Notes under the pieces: model-generated
What the model was told of the DNA's origin: nothing
The model's input: the letters and a program-made list of their open reading frames with translations, nothing else
Database searches by the model: none
Made by a program: the position numbers and the translations under genes
DNA from: Eledone cirrhosa
Lineage: Eukaryota
DNA length: 64,000 nucleotides
NCBI GenBank assembly: GCA_964016885.1
Contig: OZ024757.1
Span: forward strand, 2,418,001-2,482,000
Reading direction: 5' to 3'
Part shown: positions 55,260-64,000 of the stretch, one piece after another
Layout: the number at the start of each line of letters is the position of its first letter
Position numbering within the stretch: position 1 is the first letter of the stretch

Positions 55260-56920
55260 AGAAGAGGGAGGTAGATGTAACAGCCAGAAGGGAGGTAAGT
55301 GTAACAGCCAGAAGGGAGGTAGATGTAATAGCCAGAAGGGAGGTAGCTGCAACAGCCAGAAGGGAGATAGATGTAACAGCCACGAGGGAGGTAGATGTAA
55401 CAGCCAAAAGAGAGGTAGATCTAACAGCCAGAAGGGAGGTAGGTGTAACAGCCAGAAGGGAGGTAGATGTAACAGCCAGAAGTGAGGTAGATGTAACAGC
55501 CAGAAGGGAGGTAGCTGTAACAGCCAGAAGGGAGGTAGATGTAACAACCAGGAGGGAGGTAGTTGTAACAGCCAGAAGGGAGGTAGATGTAACAGCCAGA
55601 AGGGAGGTAGATGTAACAGTCAGAAGGGAGGTAGATCTAACAGCCAGAAGGGAGGTAGATGTAACAGCCAGAAGGGAGGTAGATGTAACAGCCAGAAGGG
55701 AGGTAGATGTAACAACCAGGAGTGAGGTAGTTGTAACAGCCAGAAGGGAGGTAGATGTAACAGCCAGAAGGGAGGTAGATGTAACAACCAGGAGGGAGGT
55801 AGATGTAACAGCCAGAAGGGAGGTAGCTGTAACAGCCAGAAGGGAGGTAGATGTAACAGCCAGAAGGGAGGTAGCTGTAACAGCCAGAAGGGAGGTAGAT
55901 GTAACAGCCAGGAGGGAGGTAGTTGTAACAGCCAGAAGGGAGGTAGATGTAACAGCCAGAAGGGAGGTAGGTGTAACAGCCAGGAGTGAGGTAGTTGTAA
56001 CAGCCAGAAGGGAAGTAGATGTAACAACCAGGAGGGAGGTAGTTGTAACAGCCAGAAGGGAGGTAGCTGTAACAGCCAGAAGGGAGGTAGATGTAACAGC
56101 CAGAAGGGAGGTAGCTGTAACAGCCAGAAGGGAGGTAGATGTAACAGCCAGGAGGGAGGTAGTTGTAACAGCCAGAAGGGAGGTAGATGTAACAGCCAGA
56201 AGGGAGGTAGGTGTAACAGCCAGGAGTGAGGTAGTTGTAACAGCCAGAAGGGAGGTAGATGTAACAGCCAGAAGGGAGGTAGACGTAACAACCAGGAGTG
56301 AGGTAGATGTAACAGTCAGAAGGGAGGTAGATGTAACAGCCAGAAGGGAGGTAGATGTAACAGCCAGAAGGGAGGTAGGTGTAACAGCCAGGAGTGAGGT
56401 AGTTGTAACAGCCAGAAGGGAGGTAGATGTAACAGCCAGAAGGGAGGTAGATGTAACAACCAGGAGTGAGGTAGATGTAACAGTCAGAAGGGAGGTAGGT
56501 GTAACAGCCAGAAGAGAGGTAGATGTAACAACCAGGAGGGAGGTAGGTGTAACAGCCAGAAGGGAGGTAGATGTAACAGTCAGAAGGGAGGTAGATCTAA
56601 CAGCCAGAAGGGAGGTAGATGTAACAGCCAAAAGGGAGGTAGATGTAACAGCCAGAAGGGAGGTAGATGTAACAACCAGGAGTGAGGTAGTTGTAACAGC
56701 CAGAAGGGAGGTAGGTGTAACAGCCAGAAGGGAGGTAGATGTAACAGTCAGAAGGGAGGTAGATCTAACAGCACGAAGGGAGGTAGATGTAACAGCCAGA
56801 AGGGAGGTAGGTGTAACAGCCAGAAGGGAGGTAGATGTAACAACCAGGAGTGAGGTAGTTGTAACAGCCAGAAGGGAGGTAGATGTAACAGCCAGAAGGG
56901 AGGTAGATGTAACAACCAGG
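55260..56920. repeat. 24-bp tandem array (gggaggtagatgtaacagccagaa), about 69 copies
   Basis: Unit read directly; 8-aa periodicity. Confidence 0.95.
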
Positions 56921-59900
56921 GCTGGAGCAACGTGAAATAAAGTGTCTTGCTCAAGGACACAGTGGACTGGAGCAACGTGAAATAAAGTGTCTTGCTCAAG
57001 GACACAGTGGACTGGAGCATCGTGAAAGAAAGTGTCTTGCTCAAGGACACAGTGGACTGGAGCAACGTGAAAGAAAGTGTCTTGCTCAAGGACACAGTGG
57101 ACTGGAGCAACGTGAAATAAAGTGACTTGCTGAAGGACACAGTGGACTGGAGCAACGAGAAATAAAGTGTCTTGCTCAAGGACACAGTGGACTGGAGCAA
57201 CGTGAAAGACAGTGTCTTGCTCAAGGACACAGTGGACAGGATCAACGTGAAAGAAAGTGTCTTGCTCAAGGACACAGTGAACTGGAGCAACGTGAAATAA
57301 AGTGTCTTGCTCAAGGACACAGTGGACTGGAGCAACGGGAAATAAAGTGTCTTGCTCAAGGATACAGTGGACTGGAGCAACGTGAAATAAAGTGTCTTGC
57401 TCAAGGACACAGTGGACTGGAACAACGTGAAAGAAAGTGTCTTGCTCAAGGACACAGTGGACTGGAGCAACGTGAAAGAAAGTGTCTTGCTGAAGGACAC
57501 AGTGGACTGGAGCAACGTGAAATAAAGTGTCTTGCTGAAGGACACAGTGGACTGGAGCAACGAGAAATAAAGTGTCTTGCTCAAGGACACAGTGGATGGG
57601 AGCAACGTGAAAGAAAGTGTCTTGCTCAAGGACACAGTGGACTGGAGCAACGTGAAAGAAAGTGTCTTGCTGAAGGACACAGTGGACTGGAGCAACGTGA
57701 AATAAATTGTATTGCTGAAGGACACAGTGGACTGGAGCAACGAGATATAAAGTGTCTTGCTCAAGGACACAGTGGACTGGAGCAACGTGAAAGAAAGTGA
57801 CTTGCTCAAAGACACAGTGGACTGGAGCAACGTGAAAGAAAGTGTCTTGTTCAAGGACACAGTGGATTGGAGCAATGTGAAAGAAAGTGTCTTGCTCAAG
57901 GACACAGTGGACAGGAGCAACGTGAAAGAAAGTGTCTTGCTCAAGGACACAGTGGACTGGAGCAATGTGAAAGAAAGTGTCTTGCTCAAGGACACAGTGG
58001 ACTGGAGCAATGTGAAATAAAGTGTCTTGCTCAAGGACACAGTGGACTGGAGCAACATGAAATAAAGTGTATTGCTCAAGGACACAGTGGACTGGAACAA
58101 TGTGTAACAAAGTGTCTTGCTCAAGGACACAGTGGACTGGAGCAATGTGAAAGAAAGTGTCTTGCTCAAGGACACAGTCGACGGCAGTAACGTGAAAGAA
58201 AGTGTCTTGCTTAAGGACACAGTGGACTGGAGCAATGTGAAATAAAGTGTCTTGCTCGAGGACACAGTGAACTGGAGCAATGTGAAATAAAGTGTCTTGC
58301 TTAAGGACACAGTGGACTGGAGCAATGTGAAATAAAGTGTCTTACTCAAGGACACAGTGAACTGGAGCAATGTGAAATAAAGTGTCTTGCTCAAGGACAC
58401 AGTGGACTGGAGCAACGTGAAAGAAAGTGTCTTGCTCAAGGACACAGTGGACTGGAGCAACTTGAAATAAAGTGTCTTGCTCAAGGACACAATGGACTGG
58501 AGCAATGTGAAATAAAGTGTCTTGCTCAAGGACACAGTGGACTGGAGCAATGTGAAATAAAGTGTCTTGCTCAAGGATACAGTGGACAGGAGCAATGTGA
58601 AATAAAGTGTCTTGCTCAAAGACACAGTGGACTGGAGCAATGTGAAAGAAAGTGTCTTGTTTAAGGACACAGTGGACTGGAGCAATGTGAAATAAAGTGT
58701 CTTGCTGAAGGGCATAGTGGACTGGAGCAACGTGAAAGAAAGTGTCTTGTTTAAGGACACAGTGGACTGGAGCAACGTGAAAGAAAGTCTCTTGCTCAAG
58801 GACACAGTGGACTGGAGCAACGTGAAATAAAATCTCTTGCTCAAGGACACAGTGGACTGGAGCAACGTGAAAGAAAGTCTCTTGCTCAAGGACACAGTGG
58901 ACTGGAGCAACATGAAATAAAGTGTCTTGCTCAAGGACACAGTGGACTGGAGCAACGTGAAAGAAAGTGTCTTGTTCAAGGTCGCAGTGGACTGGAGCAA
59001 CGTGAAATAAAGTGTCTTGCTCAAGGACACAGTGGACTGGAGCAACGTGAAAGAAAGTGTCTTGCTCAAGGACACAGTGGACTGGAGCAACTTGAAATAA
59101 AGTGTCTTGCTCAAGGACACAATAGATTGGAGCAATGTGAAATAAAGTGTCTTGCTCAAGGTCGCAGTGGACAGGAGCAATGTGAAAGAAAGTGTATTGC
59201 TCAAGGACACAGTGGACCGGAGCAATGTGAAATAAAGGGTCTTGCTCAAGGACACAGTGGACTGGAGCAACGTGAAATAAAGTGTCTTGCTCAAGGACAC
59301 AGTGGACTGGAGCAACGTGAAATAAAGTGTCTTGCTCGAGGACACAGTGGACTGGAGCAACGTGAAAGAAAGTGTCTTGCTGAAGGACACAGTGGACTGG
59401 AACAATGTGAAATAAAGGGTCTTGCTCAAGGACACAGTGGACTGGAGCAATGTGAAATAAAGTGTCTTACTTAAGGACACAGTGGACTGGAACAATGTGA
59501 AATAAAGTGTCTTGCTCAAGGACACAGTGGACTGGACAATGTGAAAGAAAGTGTCTTGCTTAAGGACACAGTGGACTGGAACAATATGAAATAAAGTGTT
59601 TTGCTCAAGGACACAGTGGACTGGAGCAATGTGAAATAAAGTGTCTTGCTTAAGGACACAGTGGACTGGAACAATGTGAAAGAAAGTGTCTTGCTCAAGG
59701 ACACAATGGACTGGAGCAACGTGAAAGAAAGTGTCTTGCTCAAGGACACAGTGGACTGGAGCAACGTGAAAGAAAGTGTCTTGCTCAAGGACACAGTGGA
59801 CTGGAGCAACGTGAAAGAAAGTGTCTTGCTCAAGGACACAGTGGACTGGAGCAACGTGAAATAAAGTGTCTTGCTGAAGGACACAGTAGACTGGAGCAAC

Positions 59901-62900
59901 GAGAAATAAAGTGTCTTGCTCAAGGACACAGTGGACTGGAGCAACGTGAAAGAAAGTGTCTTGCTCAAGGACACAGTGGACTGGAGCAACGTGAAAGAAA
60001 GTGTCTTGTTCAAGGACACAGTGGACTGGAGCAATGTGAAAAAAGTGTCTTGCTCAAGGACACAGTGGACAGGAGCAACGTGAAAGAAAGTGAGAAAGTG
60101 TGTTGCTCAAGGACACAGTGGACTGGGGCAACGTGAAAGAAAGTGTCTTGCTCAAGGACACAGTGGACTGGAGCAATGTGAAATAAAGTGTCTTGTTCAA
60201 GGACACAGTGGACTGGAGCAATGTGAAATAAAGTGTCTTGCTCAAGGACACAGTGGACTGGAGCAACATGAAATAAAGTGACTTGCTCAAGGACACAGTG
60301 GACTGGAGCAACGTGAAATAAAGTAACTTGCTCAACGACACAGTGGACTGGAGTAATGTGAAAGAAAGTGTCTTGCTCAAGGACACAGTGGACTGGAGCA
60401 ACGTGAAATAAAGTGACTTGCTCAAGGACACAGTGGACTGGAGCAATGTAAAAGAAAGTGTCTTGCTCAAGGACACAGTGGACTGGAGTAACGTGAAAGA
60501 AAGTGTCTTGCTTAAGGACATAGTGGACTGGAGCAATGTGAAATAAAGTGTCTTGCTCAAGGACACAGTGAACTGGAGCAATGTGAAATAAAGTGTCTTG
60601 CTCAAGGACACAGTGGACTGGAGCAATGTGAAATAAAGTGTCTTGCTCAAGGACACAGTGAACTGGAGCAATGTGAAATAAAGTGTCTTGCTCAAGGACA
60701 CAGTGGACTGGAGCAACGTGAAATAAAGTGTCTTGCTCAAGGACACAGTGGACTGGAGCAATGTGAAATAAAGTGTCTTGCTCAAGGACACAGTGAACTG
60801 GAACAATGTGAAATAAAGTGTCTTGTTCAAGGTCGCAGTGGACTGGAGCAACGTGAAAGAAAGTGTCTTGTTCAAGGTCGCAGTGGACTGGAGCAACGTG
60901 AAATAAAGTGTCTTGCTCAAGCACACAGTGGACTGGAGCAACGTGAAAGAAAGTGTCTTGCTCAAGGACACATTGGACTGGAGCAACTTGAAATAAAGTG
61001 TCTTGCTCAAGGACACAGTGGACTGGAGCAATGTGAAATAAAGTGTCTTGCTCAAGGACACAGTGGACTGGAGCAATGTGAAATAAAGTGTCTTGCTCAA
61101 GGACACAGTGGACTGGAGCAATGTGAAATAAAGTGTCTTGCTCAAGGACACAGTGGACTGAAGCAATCTGAAATAAAGTGTCTTGCTGAAGGGCATAGTG
61201 GACTGGAGCAACGTGAAAGAAAGTGTCTTGTTTAAGGACACAGTGGACTGGAGCAACGTGAAAGAAAGTCTCTTGCTCAAGGACACAGTGGACTGGAGGA
61301 ACGTGAAATAAAGTCTCTTGCTCAAGGACACAGTGGACTGGAGCAACGTGAAAGAAAGTCTCTTGCTCAAGGACACAGTGGACTGGAGCAACATGAAATA
61401 AAGTGTCTTGCTCAAGGACACAGTGGACTGGAGCAACGTGAAAGAAAGTGTCTTGCTCAAGGACACAGTGGACTGGAGCAACTTGAAATAAAGTGTCTTG
61501 CTCAAGGACACAATGGACTGGAGCAATGTGAAATAAAGTGTCTTGCTCAAGGACACAGTGGACTGGAGCAATGTGAAATAAAGTGTCTTGCTCAAGGATA
61601 CAGTGGACAGGAGCAATGTGAAATAAAGTGTCTTGCTCAAAGACACAGTGGACTGGAGCAATGTGAAAGAAAGTGTCTTGTTTAAGGACACAGTGGACTG
61701 GAGCAATGTGAAATAAAGTGTCTTGCTGAAGGGCATAGTGGACTGGAGCAACGTGAAAGAAAGTGTCTTGTTTAAGGACACAGTGGACTGGAGCAACGTG
61801 AAAGAAAGTCTCTTGCTCAAGGACACAGTGGACTGGAGCAACGTGAAATAAAATCTCTTGCTCAAGGACACAGTGGACTGGAGCAACGTGAAAGAAAGTC
61901 TCTTGCTCAAGGACACAGTGGACTGGAGCAACATGAAATAAAGTGTCTTGCTCAAGGACACAGTGGACTGGAGCAACGTGAAAGAAAGTGTCTTGTTCAA
62001 GGTCGCAGTGGACTCGAGCAACGTGAAATAATGTGTCTTGCTCAAGGACACAGTGGACTGGAGCAACGTAAAAGAAAGTGTCTTGCTCAAGGACACAGTG
62101 GACTGGAGCAACTTGAAATAAAGTGTCTTGCTCAAGGACACAATAGATTGGAGCAATGTGAAATAAAGTGTCTTGCTCAAGGTCGCAGTGGACAGGAGCA
62201 ACGTGAAAGAAAGTGTATTGCTCAAGGACACAGTGGACCGGAGCAATATGAAATAAAGTGTCTTGCTCAAGGACACAGTGGACTGGAGCAACGTGAAATA
62301 AAGTGTCTTGCTCAAGGACACAGTGGACTGGAGCAACGTGAAATAAAGTGTCTTGCTCGAGGACACAGTGGACTGGAGCAACGTGAAAGAAAGTGTCTTG
62401 CTGAAGGACACAGTGGACTGGAACAATGTGAAATAAAGGGTCTTGCTCAAGGACACAGTGGACTGGAGCAATGTGAAATAAAGTGTCTTACTTAAGGACA
62501 CAGTGGACTGGAACAATGTGAAATAAAGTGTCTTGCTCAAGGACACAGTGGACTGGACAATGTGAAAGAAAGTGTCTTGCTTAAGGACACAGTGGACTGG
62601 AACAATATGAAATAAAGTGTTTTGCTCAAGGACACAGTGGACTGGAGCAATGTGAAATAAAGTGTCTTGCTTAAGGACACAGTGGACTGGAACAATGTGA
62701 AAGAAAGTGTCTTGCTCAAGGACACAGTGGACTGGACCAACGTGGAAGAAAGTGTCTTGCTCAAGGACACAGTGGACTGGAGCAACGTGGAAGAAAGTGT
62801 CTTGTTGAAGGACACAGTGGACTGGAGCAACGTGAAATAAAGTGTCTTGCTGAAGGACACAGTGGACTGGAGCAACGAGAAATAAAGTGTCTTGCTCAAG

Positions 62901-64000
62901 GACACAGTGGACTGGAGCAACGTGAAAGAAAGTGTCTTGCTCAAGGACACAGTGGACTGGAGCAACGTGAAAGAAAGTGTCTTGCTCAAGGACACAGTGG
63001 ACTGGAGCAACGTGAAATAAAGTGTCTTGCTCAAGGACACAGTGGACTGGAGCAACGTGAAAGAAAGTGTCTTGCTCAAGGACACAGTGGACTGGAGCAA
63101 CTTGAAATAAAGTGTCTTGCTCAAGGACACAATAGATTGGAGCAATGTGAAAGAAAGTGTCTTGCTGAAGGACACAGTGGACTGGAACAATGTGAAATAA
63201 AGGGTCTTGCTCAAGGACACAGTGGACTGGAGCAACGTGAAAGAAAGTGTCTTGCTCAAGGACACAGTGGACTGGAGCAACTTGAAATAAAGTGTCTTGC
63301 TCGAGGACACAGTGGTCTGGAGCAACGTGAAAGAAAGTGTCTTGCTGAAGGACACAGTGGACTGGAACAATGTGAAATAAAGGGTCTTGCTCAAGGACAC
63401 AGTGGACTGGAGCAATGTGAAATAAAGTGTCTTACTTAAGGACACAGTGGACTGGAACAATGTGAAATAAAGTGTCTTGCTCAAGGACACAATGGACTGG
63501 ACAATGTGAAAGAAAGTGTCTTGCTTAAGGACACAGTGGACTGGAACAATATGAAATAAAGTGTTTTGCTCAAGGACACAGTGGACTGGAGCAATGTGAA
63601 AGAAAGTGTCTTGCTCAAGGACACAGTGGACTGGATCAACGTGAAAGAAAGTGTCTTGCTCAAGGACACAGTGGACTGGAGCAACGTGAAAGAAAGTGTC
63701 TTGTTGAAGGACACAGTGGACTGGAGCAACGTGAAATAAAGTGTCTTGCTGAAGGACACAGTGGACTGGAGCAACGAGAAATAAAGTGTCTTGCTCAAGG
63801 ACACAGTGGACTGGAGCAACGTGAAAGAAAGTGTCTTGCTCAAGGACACAGTGGACTGGAGCAACGTGAAATAAAGTGTCTTGCTGAAGGACACAGTAGA
63901 CTGGAGCAACGAGAAATAAAGTGTCTTGCTCAAGGACACAGTGGACTGGAGCAACGTGAAAGAAAGTGTCTTGCTCAAGGACACAGTGGACTGGAGCAAC
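56921..64000. repeat. 45-bp SINE-derived satellite (ctggagcaacgtgaaataaagtgtcttgctcaaggacacagtgga), more than 155 copies, running off the window
   Basis: The unit matches the SINE segment at 21809-21848; 15-aa periodicity; higher-order duplications are present. Confidence 0.95.

Noticed and set aside
55258-63999. Very long ORFs (950, 925 and 830 aa)
   Set aside because: They are translations of 24- and 45-bp units that lack stops in several frames; the 45-bp unit is SINE-derived and no non-repetitive domain is present.
18985-64000. CRISPR-like appearance of the regular arrays
   Set aside because: Units are head-to-tail with no unique spacers, there are no cas genes and the context is eukaryotic.

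Overview
Eukaryotic, almost entirely repetitive DNA. The (TA)n-rich background and tRNA-head SINEs resemble a cephalopod (octopod) genome; that assignment is an inference. No intact host gene is recognisable, and nearly all long ORFs in the track are translations of microsatellites or satellites. The coding remnants are all transposons: two Penelope-like retroelements (a decayed Naiad-like copy at 1-2306 and a 5'-truncated, probably Neptune-like copy at 4343-6754), two RTE-type LINE 3' ends, an R4/Dong-like RLE retrotransposon in a (CATA)n tract, a decayed Helitron Rep-helicase with two further Helitron fragments, and hAT MITEs plus a transposase remnant. Two patterns stand out. First, a dense set of type-I hammerhead ribozyme motifs from several sequence families (about 11 complete or near-complete cores plus half-cores) lies mostly in short elements embedded in (TA)n, several with a head-to-head inverted architecture; one has an intact core and an unusually long stem III (2609-2736). 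Second, at least six kilobase-scale tandem arrays arose by amplification of a 29-65 bp internal segment of a transposon (three SINE segments, a LINE ORF, a Helitron helicase ORF and a hAT MITE), in four cases with the parent element still readable on both sides.
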